Below are positions 30,015 to 39,313 of a DNA stretch of 64,000 bases, piece after piece. Location: positions 32,001 through 96,000 of the forward strand of contig JBNPEG010000013.1 in the NCBI GenBank assembly GCA_051117555.1, read 5' to 3'. The notes beneath the pieces were generated by a model, which was not told the origin of the DNA, did not search any database, and saw nothing but the letters and a program-made list of their open reading frames with translations. Made by a program: the position numbers and the translations under genes. The stretch is from Elainellaceae cyanobacterium (GTDB lineage: Bacteria > Cyanobacteriota > Cyanobacteriia > CAZCXK01). Position 1 is the stretch's first letter. The number at the start of each line of letters is the position of its first letter.

Positions 30015-31685
30015 TCAGGTTTCAGGGGAGGATGTTGACCCATCGATTACAAATTCAAGCACTTGGCTTTGAGAACTTCCAAACTTGAGCTGAGTTTTTG
30101 ACTGGAGCTGAACCTCTTGCCGATGCACTTTCTGCCATCCGTTGACGCCTAAGACCAAGGTGCCAAAGCGAGAGAAATCTCGTAAATAAAATGAGGGTTC
30201 CCGTTGCCCTGCTAAAAATGTATCTCGATAAAAAATCTCGGCGTGCTTTCGAGAAACGCCCGGATCGTGCAAGACCAAATCATTTCCTTCCCATTTTCCG
30301 ACTCGCATGATGCCACCTTGAATTCGCCATACCTGAGGATGTGAGCCCAGAGAACGAATCGATGCAGCCGGAGTGTTGCGACCAATCCAGGTGGATGAAT
30401 TGACAGGAATCTCAGTGACTCCTTCCGAAAGCGGACGCATTAATTCTCCATTAAACTCTGGGTGCATATAAAGCACGGGCAGAGTCCAAGCAGGCTGATT
30501 AAATTTATAGAGTGTCAACAAATGCTGACGGGCGATCGCCACTGCCCGATCGACGGATGACCGATCAACCAGCGCTTGGGCAAAGACGTCGATAAAACTC
30601 AATGCTTCTCGGTCGGCAATAGAGTCCCGCATTGCCAGCACGGCTGGAACTCCGTGGTGAATCAGAACTTCAGCCAGACTGCTGCGCGGAACCGCGTCCT
30701 GAGAGACACGATCAGATTGAGCGCCCCAGCAGGCATTGAAAACTGCTAGCTTAACTTGACAGCGTGTCAGGACCTGTGCCAATTCCGTGCCATTGATGGT
30801 GGCATCCGGTCGAAGAAATAGCAAGCCCCCACTTGGAGCAGGTTCGCCATGACCTGAATAGAATAAAACATTATAGCGACGAGTTTCGAGTTGGTCGATG
30901 AGTTCTGCTTCAGTGGGTTGCACGAGCGTTGTCACAGAAGACAACATCGGCGAATCAAAGTTTTCTCCATGTCGCGATGTTGACTGTTCTAAAATCCCAG
31001 TGAGCGTTTCCGCTTCCTGTTCAAGTTCAAGGACGGATTTGGCTGCACCAACATCTGCTGAGGGTCTAGCGATCGCTTCATCTTGACCCAAAACCAACAA
31101 AATATCGAGGGACTGATCTGATCGTAAGGGGGGTAAGGGATCAACTGCGCTTGTCGTGCGACTAAATAAAATCTGCTGACTCAGAGAGACGGCTTGTTTA
31201 CCCGGCTCCGGCTGCATGATTTCCCAGGGAAGGCTAATCAAATTTGGATCTCGAATCTCCAGGCGTAATCGCAGGGGTTTACCCTGACCAATTGCGATTC
31301 CCTGGCTTTGGCGAAAGCTGCCTTGGATCGGTCCATCAACGAGCCATTGCCAAAGGCTTACTCCTAAATACTGCATCAGGCGACTGCTGTAACTCGTCGT
31401 CTGCCCCGATGGCATCATATCTGTACCATTGAAGACAGGCGGCAGGACAGCAAAGGCATCCATGTTGAAGGCAACCTGAGACATGCCATCAGAGTTTTGA
31501 GTTGTAGCGAACATGCTCTGCCATGCTTGCCAAGCCTGTGTTAGCGAATCAGTCCACAAACGGTCGTAGTGAACATAGCCCTCTGGTGAAGGGGCACGCA
31601 ACACCCAGATTGCGTAATGGTCTGGATCGGCAGCTTGTAAGCGAGCGATCGCCAGGCTTAAGCAGGGAATCTCAAACAACGGCAT
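30015..31685 (-). CDS. CHAT (caspase/HetF-like) domain protease with C-terminal FHA domain
   Basis: LRLRL...LPWE, catalytic dyad FYSGHG (His) and VFNAC (Cys), GVPAVLAM, WTLPVLY; FHA motifs VSRKHAEI and DFSRFGT. Confidence 0.9.
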   Translation of the reverse strand: MPLFEIPCLSLAIARLQAADPDHYAIWVLRAPSPEGYVHYDRLWTDSLTQAWQAWQSMFATTQNSDGMSQVAFNMDAFAVLPPVFNGTDMMPSGQTTSYSSRLMQYLGVSLWQWLVDGPIQGSFRQSQGIAIGQGKPLRLRLEIRDPNLISLPWEIMQPEPGKQAVSLSQQILFSRTTSAVDPLPPLRSDQSLDILLVLGQDEAIARPSADVGAAKSVLELEQEAETLTGILEQSTSRHGENFDSPMLSSVTTLVQPTEAELIDQLETRRYNVLFYSGHGEPAPSGGLLFLRPDATINGTELAQVLTRCQVKLAVFNACWGAQSDRVSQDAVPRSSLAEVLIHHGVPAVLAMRDSIADREALSFIDVFAQALVDRSSVDRAVAIARQHLLTLYKFNQPAWTLPVLYMHPEFNGELMRPLSEGVTEIPVNSSTWIGRNTPAASIRSLGSHPQVWRIQGGIMRVGKWEGNDLVLHDPGVSRKHAEIFYRDTFLAGQREPSFYLRDFSRFGTLVLGVNGWQKVHRQEVQLQSKTQLKFGSSQSQVLEFVIDGSTSSPET

Positions 31686-31789
31686 GTATGTACAACGTAA
31701 ACCTCATGAATTCGCGTATTTACTTAAAAGTCTATCGGGTCTGATAGCAGAGGTGAAAGTTAAAAGAGTACCAAAATCATGGATCGATG

Positions 31790-34345
31790 TTAACGACATT
31801 CACCGAGTTGGGATGCAGTCAGATTTGGGTTAGGCAATACAAGTGGAGACACTTGAGTTTCTTGAATCCACCCAACATCACCGGGTTCTAATAATCGAGG
31901 TGATAAAGGAACTGAAGCACTTGGATTGGGTTCTGGAGAATCGGACGAGGATGACACACTATTGTCAGGAACATCTGTCAAACCCGGGACAGAGCATACT
32001 TTCAGACGAACCCATCGCCCTTGCTCTTGAAATTCCTGCTTTCCTAATACCTGTAAAATACTCCCTGCTGGAATCGTACCCGCAACGAGAATCTCACGAT
32101 TATCTACCGAATCGCCAGACTGGGATGGCAATGAATTGGTCGCATTGGGAGAAATTGGGCGCCTCGAATGAGATGCCGATTCGCTCGGTGCTGCGGGAAA
32201 TGAGCGATCGCCAGGATGGGGAACCAATTGCAATGGCTGGTCTAATGTTAAATCATCTGCCCCGGTTGATCGGCTCACCTGGATTAGAGAACCGACATCA
32301 ATAGAGATAGGACTGACAGTGGGGCTGGGATCAGAATCAGGCGGTAGTGTAACCTCTGATACTGGGTCTTGAGAGATCTGACGGATATTAAATAATGAGC
32401 TGAGCCGATTGCCCAACGAGGGGATCAAGAGATAAATCAATGTTCCGCCCAACCCCACCAGTAGAATAATTCCAAGCAGCAGGGGAGCGACTCGTTGCCG
32501 TCTAGATGGCGTCGATGAAATCACTTGAGTAGTGTCTGCAGACGAAACGGGCTCTTTAGTCGGAGACTCGGATTGAAACTCGGTTTGAGCAGATGGAGGC
32601 GATTGAATTTGGGTGGGCTGGGATGCCTGCACCCGAGTTTGGGGTGAGACGGACGTTGGCTGACCAACCTGGTCAGACGGAAGGGCGATCGCCCGCGTTT
32701 GCCTCGGTTGATAGTAAATCAGCCCGACCGTGACATTATCGTAGCCATTGTGGGTATTGGCGATCGCAATCAGCTGTTGAGCGACGTCAGCCAAATTATA
32801 TTTGTTCTCAATCGCAGGCAAAATAACGGTTTCCCAGAATGTCTCGACGCGATCGTTATCGCTTAGACCATCTGAACAAAAGAGAAAAATGCTGTCTTCA
32901 TCAACCAGGAAACGTTGAACCGTTGGATGGAGTGAAACAGATGGCCCCATTCCCAGCGCCTGCACTAGTGATCCTGAGCTGGGGTGCTGGAGGGCGCTAC
33001 GGTAGGTGTTGTAGCCCAGTCGAACCTCTCGGGAGGCAATGTCATCATCCTGAGTAATCTGATGACATCCCCGGTGAGTAATCCAGTAGGCTCGACTGTC
33101 GCCGATATGGGTGACATACAGCTCAGACCCCAACATCAAACCCATGACAAGGGTTGTTCCCATCCGCTCTCGCTCGCGTCGATGCTGCGCGTCGTTATGT
33201 TGGCTAATCAAGTCATTCGCCACGCACACGCTCGTCGACAACTCTAGCTGCAGTTGATCGGAGGCTAAGGTTTCAAATTCAATGTGCTCTAGGCGCTGTT
33301 TGATCGACTCAATTGCCAAGTGGGAGGCTACGTCTCCGCCTTGATGCCCGCCAATGCCGTCACACACAATCAGAAAAGCGTCTTCATGACTGACATCAGA
33401 GCGATCGCTAATTGAATATGTCTTTTGGGTGCCACTTGGGGGGTAACATGCGTCCTCATTTTGGTGGCGACTTGGGCCCTGATCGGTATAGCTGACAACC
33501 TCTACCTGTTGAGATTGAGACTGTTCTGCAATCCTCACCGCCTGATCGAGTCGATCGATCAATTGCTCAGGCTGATGAATTTGCCCTCGGATCATCAGTT
33601 GGCAAAGCGAGATTAAAAACGATGAAATCTCAGGCTCAGCGTCTTTTGCCAAGCTCAACCAGCGATGCCCAAGTTGGTCTAGGGACGGAGCCGGATTGCC
33701 CATATCGGATCGCAGTTCGAGCAATCGGACAATGGATCCCTCAACTCGCAATAAATCTGGAATTAGAACACTCGATGCCGCCTGTTCGTCAATGAGAGGT
33801 TGCCATAATCGGGCAATTTGCCAGAGCCAGTTTAATTGACGCATTGCGGAGGCGCTTAGCCACGCATCAACCAGAGACGGCAGACATTGCACATCCGATG
33901 TGCGGGATTTTGACACGCTGGTAGTATCTGAGTCGTCAAATCTCTGATGCTGTGTTGATGGCTGAGTAGACTTAGATAAACTCTCTGCAATAGGGGCATG
34001 CTCCAAGACGATAATCTCACCCGCTGCGTCTGATTCAGATTCGATTGGGATGGCTCCATATATCTGAGGAACATGTAATTGGTAGGGAGAGAGCCGCAAA
34101 TATGGAAGCAGAGCATAAGAGATTTCACGGGGCTCATCCGGTGGTAACCCCGGTTTAGTATCCAAAAAAATGCGATCGCCCTTATACAAATAGCGATTTA
34201 AAAAAATTTCACCAGCAGCACACGCCCTTCCCTCCAAATTGAGCGCCCAAAGGTATCGCTTCACGAGAGGGGTTTGACATTTTTGACAGAATCTGCTGCT
34301 CTCTGAGTTAGGAGCTTGGCACGTATAGTTAGAACAATAGAGCAT
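31790..34345 (-). CDS. Membrane-anchored PP2C Ser/Thr phosphatase with N-terminal zinc ribbon and degenerate kinase-like region (PrpJ-like)
   Basis: CSNYTC..CQKC ribbon; PP2C motifs RHQNED, VCDGIGGHQGG, MGTT, HIGDSRAY, CSDGLSD and GYDNVT; TM helix LLLGIILLVGLGGTLIYLLI; Pro/Ser-rich outer domain. Confidence 0.9.
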   Translation of the reverse strand: MLYCSNYTCQAPNSESSRFCQKCQTPLVKRYLWALNLEGRACAAGEIFLNRYLYKGDRIFLDTKPGLPPDEPREISYALLPYLRLSPYQLHVPQIYGAIPIESESDAAGEIIVLEHAPIAESLSKSTQPSTQHQRFDDSDTTSVSKSRTSDVQCLPSLVDAWLSASAMRQLNWLWQIARLWQPLIDEQAASSVLIPDLLRVEGSIVRLLELRSDMGNPAPSLDQLGHRWLSLAKDAEPEISSFLISLCQLMIRGQIHQPEQLIDRLDQAVRIAEQSQSQQVEVVSYTDQGPSRHQNEDACYPPSGTQKTYSISDRSDVSHEDAFLIVCDGIGGHQGGDVASHLAIESIKQRLEHIEFETLASDQLQLELSTSVCVANDLISQHNDAQHRRERERMGTTLVMGLMLGSELYVTHIGDSRAYWITHRGCHQITQDDDIASREVRLGYNTYRSALQHPSSGSLVQALGMGPSVSLHPTVQRFLVDEDSIFLFCSDGLSDNDRVETFWETVILPAIENKYNLADVAQQLIAIANTHNGYDNVTVGLIYYQPRQTRAIALPSDQVGQPTSVSPQTRVQASQPTQIQSPPSAQTEFQSESPTKEPVSSADTTQVISSTPSRRQRVAPLLLGIILLVGLGGTLIYLLIPSLGNRLSSLFNIRQISQDPVSEVTLPPDSDPSPTVSPISIDVGSLIQVSRSTGADDLTLDQPLQLVPHPGDRSFPAAPSESASHSRRPISPNATNSLPSQSGDSVDNREILVAGTIPAGSILQVLGKQEFQEQGRWVRLKVCSVPGLTDVPDNSVSSSSDSPEPNPSASVPLSPRLLEPGDVGWIQETQVSPLVLPNPNLTASQLGECR

Positions 34346-34651
34346 GGCTGTGGCACTTTGCCTGAAGCCAGAAATATAAGGGGGATGGTTTTACCAGAAT
34401 AGCTTAGTAGACTACCTGTATAGAACTATTGCTCCCAAATCAACCAATCAATTTGAAGCGGCTGCCCTTTCAACCATAGAATCCATCAAGCGTCGGGGCT
34501 GGTTAACGGGCACAGTCCCAGACACGGATTGCAAATTCCCCTATCTGGCCATTTGCAGACTGAGATGCTTCTCAGACTTAAGTGGCGATTTTGAACATAA
34601 TCTCTCCAAACAAGTTCTCCAGGTTGATCAGAAGAGCATCTCAAAAGATCG

Positions 34652-35005
34652 TTATTCTAAGTGGGAATCGTCACTACCTGAAACGCGAGGTAATCCAAAG
34701 CTGTAATTGCGGACTCTACTCTTTAGGTTATAAGCCAGCTTCCCATCATGGAGGAGCGATCGCACGAAGTGTTCTAAATCTGAACCAATCCTGCGCAAGT
34801 TGTAGTCAGTTAGTTCAGCACCTTCATAGATATCAACAAGCTCGTCAAACTTTCGGTAAACGTCTTGAAGAGCCTCATCGTTCCAATTCAACTCATTATC
34901 TGGATCAACATCTAGGGTTAGCTTATCTACGCTAGGAACGAGCTCATCTTTCTCAAGCTCAGCGCTATAAAGGCGGATATGACGGGTTGTAGACTTGAGC
35001 AGCAT
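34652..35005 (-). CDS. ndhM: NAD(P)H-quinone oxidoreductase subunit M
   Basis: MLLKSTTRHIR, LTLDVDPDNE, YNLRRIGSDLEHF and RV.NYS.GLPRV motifs. Confidence 0.97.
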   Translation of the reverse strand: MLLKSTTRHIRLYSAELEKDELVPSVDKLTLDVDPDNELNWNDEALQDVYRKFDELVDIYEGAELTDYNLRRIGSDLEHFVRSLLHDGKLAYNLKSRVRNYSFGLPRVSGSDDSHLE

Positions 35006-35436
35006 ATAAGTATCGAGAGGAATACGGCAGCTAAAATCTTATTGTATAGGCTTATTGAGGCGATCGCGCTCGTCTAGGCATTCTCCACTCGTTAGTATTT
35101 CTAATTGTCTAGATTAGGACTCACGAAACTGGCAATGCACCCCTTATTCCCCTTTCAACTCCTTGGGTGATCCATAAGACGTAATGCAATCTATCAGAAA
35201 TCAACATTGAGCCTATTCATTTAGCCGTCTCAGTTCAACGATTCGATGAAAGCGCCAAGGTTCTCAGTCAACTCACTCTCATTCGGTTTGCTTCAGGAAC
35301 TCAGCGTGCTCAAATTAAATCTAGTTAGACTAAAGATGCTGAGGTTCATCAATACCACAAACTTTGGCAAGCTTTCTCATAGAGAAAGTCAAGTTCCAGC
35401 AGTTCTTAAGACTAAGCTAGTTGCAGCGGTGCAAAG

Positions 35437-36129
35437 ATGAGCTCAAAAAATTTACCTCGAATTGCCAAGGGTGCACTCGCTATCGCGATGCTCTTGATGC
35501 TGTTTTCTCTATGGCGCAATGCGTCTCGCCTTATGGGAAATTTCAGCTCGGTGTTCAATCTACAGACATCTGAGCCAGCCATTGATCCGCGATCGCTCGT
35601 CATCGACCAGGTTCGAGGTGTGAGTGAGCTGACAACGGCTGTTTATGCAATGGAATCGGTTGTTCCCGCAAGTCGCGATCGCACCCTCGGAAATTACGTA
35701 ATCGGTCGCACCACACTGCTTTACATTGCCTATGGAGAGGTTCGGGCAGGAGTTGATCTCAGTGAAATTAATGATGGAGATATCCAAATCAATGACGAAG
35801 CACTTGCCCTACGCCTTCCTCCGCCCGAAATCTTAGACAGCAAAATCGATGTTAACCGCTCCCGAGTCTATGATTATGATCGCGGATTTCTTGGGCTAGG
35901 CCCCGATTCAGCGCCTCAGCTCCAAGAACTTGCACAACGCGAAACACTCCAGCGTATCGTCGAAGCTGCGTGTGATAATGGGGTTCTCGGTGAAGCAAAT
36001 GAACGTGCCGAATCCGTCGTTACCCAACTTTTGACAACTGCTGGTTATCAAACGATCACAATCGAAACTCAACCTCCCCCCCCTGATACCTGTGAAGTTT
36101 CTGGTTCTGTTGCGTTAGATAGCCAGTAA
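35437..36129 (+). CDS. DUF4230 domain protein
   Basis: N-terminal TM helix; SELTTA, LYIAYGEVRAGVDL, LPPPEIL and A..NGVL.EAN.RA motifs. Confidence 0.88.
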   Translation: MSSKNLPRIAKGALAIAMLLMLFSLWRNASRLMGNFSSVFNLQTSEPAIDPRSLVIDQVRGVSELTTAVYAMESVVPASRDRTLGNYVIGRTTLLYIAYGEVRAGVDLSEINDGDIQINDEALALRLPPPEILDSKIDVNRSRVYDYDRGFLGLGPDSAPQLQELAQRETLQRIVEAACDNGVLGEANERAESVVTQLLTTAGYQTITIETQPPPPDTCEVSGSVALDSQ

Positions 36130-36406
36130 ATGTCTATAGCACTCTATATGCGCAATACCCTAGCTTTGTAGAGATTTAAAGAACTGAATACAGTAATTTT
36201 TAATGGCATCAAGTGCGGGATTGATAGCGCAGGGAGCATGGACTCAAACCATCCTACTCAACTTGAGCAAACGCTACTACATAGTAAAAATACGGATGTT
36301 TTTCCTAATAGTTTAAGGGATTAAAAAATAGAAAAAATACTGAGATTATTAAGACATTTGATGGGCATTCTGAAGCTGTGTAATAGAGCAGCAGAGGAAT
36401 GAGTTC

Positions 36407-39181
36407 ATGCCTAGAGATCGTGCAAAAAATTTCCTAAAACGAGCAAAAAAAGTTACTCTAAATAATTCTTCAAGCAGATTCAAAGACTTCATTGGCGATG
36501 GAGATGATGACGATTTGTATCGGGTTAGAGTAACAAATCGCAGCAGTTTTGACCTTAAACTTTCCGGACTAAAGTCCAATGCTGATGTTGAAATCTACAC
36601 ATTAAAAGGCTCGAGGCGGAAAGTCCTTAGACAGATTGGTACAACAGATTTTAGCGATTTATCCAAGCAAGATATTCGAAAAAATCTTCAGATGCTGACT
36701 CGTTCTCGCAAAGGCGGTAAGCGAAACGAAGCCGTTTCAACCGAACTCGATGCAGGTGAATATTATGTTCGGGTTAAGCCTCGCAACAGTAAGCGTCACA
36801 GTACGAAATATCAATTGCTCTTATCTGCCGAGGATATCGTTGTCCCCGCACCCATTGGGGGGAGCAACCTCCCTGATGGGACGACTACTCCTGATGTCAC
36901 CGCTCCTCCAACTAGCTCACCCCCCCCTGCCACATCTCCTACTGACACGGGTATCACCGTTCCACCGTCTGATGGAAACAACACGCCTTTAGACGCTCAG
37001 TTGATTCAGGTTGACTTTAGAACTAGACAATATACAGGATATGTCGGAGACACGGATACGGATGACTATTTCAAATTTTCACTTCAAAATGGTGGAGATT
37101 TTACTCTGACCATGTTTGGCTTGAGCGCTGATGCGGACGTCGAATTGCTAGGCAGTGACGGTCAAATTCTCTCCCTTGATACTCAAAACCGTTCAGCACT
37201 TTCAGCGCTCATCGGCACTAACAATGAGACGATTAACTATCGTTTGGATGTCGGCGGAGATTATCTCATCCGAGTTTATCAAGGGATTGCAGGGCAAAAT
37301 ACCGATTACACGTTTGATGTCGCAGTTGTTCCAGGCCCTGATGGTGCAGGAAATACCCCTGAAACTGCCCGTGTTCTGCGCGGCACCGATGGGGAAAGGG
37401 GGTTTGTCAACGAGTTCCAAAATACAACACTCACTGAGTTTAAACGCTTTTCAGATTTTGTGGGAGGAGCTGATTTAGCTGACTACTACAAAATTACGTT
37501 TGAAGCAAACGATTTCTTCTTGAGCCTCGATTTGAATGACCTGCAAGCTGATCTCGATATCGAACTCCTTGTAGAAAAAGGCGGTACGTTGCAAGCGGTT
37601 GCGAACGGTAAGTCTGAGAGGTCAGGCACAGCATCAGAAGCATTTGGTGGAAGCTTTGCACCTGGAACTTACTATCTAAAGGTGGCACCCAAGAGCGGAA
37701 ATCCTGATATTGGCTCTTTTTACAATCTAGACATATCGGGCGTGTTGCTTGATGGCATCCCCGCTTTGACGCGCGATATCAAAATTGATACATCAGGATC
37801 AAGCAGCCCCTCATCCGACGTCAGAGAGATTACCGGTGTTACCAGCGGTGAGGTTTATTTCGTTGCGAATGACGGCTCCGGTGAGGCAATTTGGGTGAGC
37901 GACGGAACGTTTGATACAACGAATAAGTTAGACACAGGTGGCAAAACCTTCACCCAAATCTCAAACTTAACAGATGTTGGTGGCGTTATTTTCTTTGCAG
38001 CCGATGGTGGGGATGGCAATGGCGTCGAGCTTTGGCAGGTTGACGGTGGTGCAATCAGTCTAGTTGCCAATATCAACGAAAATACGGCGACTACCGGCGG
38101 TAATGCATCGTTTATCTCCTCTAACCCAAGAAATCTTGCTAATTTCAACGGTACGCTGTACTTTATAGCTGCATCTGATGGGGTCAATGAACAGCTCTAT
38201 AAGTACGCACCGAGCGATGCAGCCCCGCAAGCCATTACGACTCAAGATGTCTCAAGCGTTGCTGAACTCACTGATTTTGATGGCACGCTTTACTTCACGG
38301 CGACTAATAATATCAATGGACTTCAGCTTTATCGTATCAATAGCAGTGGTGCTGCTGAAATCGTCGATATCCCCGTTCCGACCAGCCAAGGAGATCCGAG
38401 TACCTTTCCGACAGACTTGACAGTCGTTGAAAAAGTGGTCGGAGGAGCTGTTGAAAAAACTCTCTACTTCACGGCGGTTGGTAATTCGGGTGGTACTGAC
38501 ACAGGACGCGAAATCTGGAAGATTACCAGTCCTACTGGCACTGCTCAGATGGTGGAAGAAATTCGTTCTGGATTTGAAAGTGCTGAACCGATGGAGCTAA
38601 TCGCGTTGAACGATACGCTATTCTTCGTGGCTCAACGCTCTGCTGGTGGTAATCAAACCGAGCTTTGGAAGCTAGAGGGAGATACTCCCGTGATGGTGAC
38701 GAATAGCACTGGAGTAGTAGGCTATCAACCTGACCAACTGACTGTTGTTGGCAACACGCTGTATTTCACGGCTGAAGACAGCAATGGCCGCGAACTCTGG
38801 AAAACTGATGGAACGACCTTTTCCCAGGTTTTGGATATTAATCTAGGTTCTGGCAGTTCGACGCCACAAAACCTCATTGCTGTAGGCGATACCCTATACT
38901 TCACCGCAGATAATGGCGTCACGGATGGACCGGATGCGATTGGGCGCGAACTCTGGAAGACAGACGGAACAGCAGAAAACACTGTCAATGTTGATGACAT
39001 TTGGGTTGGTACTCAAAGCTCGATTCCGAGCAATCCAGAGTTTGTCAACGTTAATGGACGACTCTTCTTTACGGCGAGTAACGGTAACGAAACGGTAACT
39101 ACAATGGTTAACGGACAAGATGTTGTTGTTGGGAAGGGGGTTGAGCTATGGGTTGTCGGTCAGGAGATTCCTGCCTTATAA
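36407..39181 (+). CDS. Three PPC (pre-peptidase C-terminal) domains plus an ELWxxDGT-repeat beta-propeller surface protein
   Basis: Three D..D.Y...L.L.GL..DADVEL...G.YY.RV units, then repeated LYFTA..G.ELWKTDGT blades. Confidence 0.88.
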   Translation: MPRDRAKNFLKRAKKVTLNNSSSRFKDFIGDGDDDDLYRVRVTNRSSFDLKLSGLKSNADVEIYTLKGSRRKVLRQIGTTDFSDLSKQDIRKNLQMLTRSRKGGKRNEAVSTELDAGEYYVRVKPRNSKRHSTKYQLLLSAEDIVVPAPIGGSNLPDGTTTPDVTAPPTSSPPPATSPTDTGITVPPSDGNNTPLDAQLIQVDFRTRQYTGYVGDTDTDDYFKFSLQNGGDFTLTMFGLSADADVELLGSDGQILSLDTQNRSALSALIGTNNETINYRLDVGGDYLIRVYQGIAGQNTDYTFDVAVVPGPDGAGNTPETARVLRGTDGERGFVNEFQNTTLTEFKRFSDFVGGADLADYYKITFEANDFFLSLDLNDLQADLDIELLVEKGGTLQAVANGKSERSGTASEAFGGSFAPGTYYLKVAPKSGNPDIGSFYNLDISGVLLDGIPALTRDIKIDTSGSSSPSSDVREITGVTSGEVYFVANDGSGEAIWVSDGTFDTTNKLDTGGKTFTQISNLTDVGGVIFFAADGGDGNGVELWQVDGGAISLVANINENTATTGGNASFISSNPRNLANFNGTLYFIAASDGVNEQLYKYAPSDAAPQAITTQDVSSVAELTDFDGTLYFTATNNINGLQLYRINSSGAAEIVDIPVPTSQGDPSTFPTDLTVVEKVVGGAVEKTLYFTAVGNSGGTDTGREIWKITSPTGTAQMVEEIRSGFESAEPMELIALNDTLFFVAQRSAGGNQTELWKLEGDTPVMVTNSTGVVGYQPDQLTVVGNTLYFTAEDSNGRELWKTDGTTFSQVLDINLGSGSSTPQNLIAVGDTLYFTADNGVTDGPDAIGRELWKTDGTAENTVNVDDIWVGTQSSIPSNPEFVNVNGRLFFTASNGNETVTTMVNGQDVVVGKGVELWVVGQEIPAL

Positions 39182-39212
39182 CCAGTAGCGATATCAGCAC
39201 AATCTAGGACAC

Positions 39213-39253
39213 AAAACAGCGATCGCCCCGAATATAAGGGCGATCGCTGTTTT
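39213..39253. terminator. Bidirectional terminator built on two HIP1 sites
   Basis: Perfect 16-bp inverted repeat AAAACAGCGATCGCCC / GGGCGATCGCTGTTTT between convergent genes. Confidence 0.8.
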
Positions 39254-39313
39254 ATTAACCATCAGGATAGTCAATCTTAGCTATCCGGTTACGCATTTTC
39301 TTTGCGGAGGTTC

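Noticed and set aside
30015..31685. CHAT protease as an anti-phage or CRISPR-associated caspase system
   Set aside because: There is no TPR/NTPase sensor, gasdermin, cas gene or defence-island context; the neighbours are core and signalling genes.
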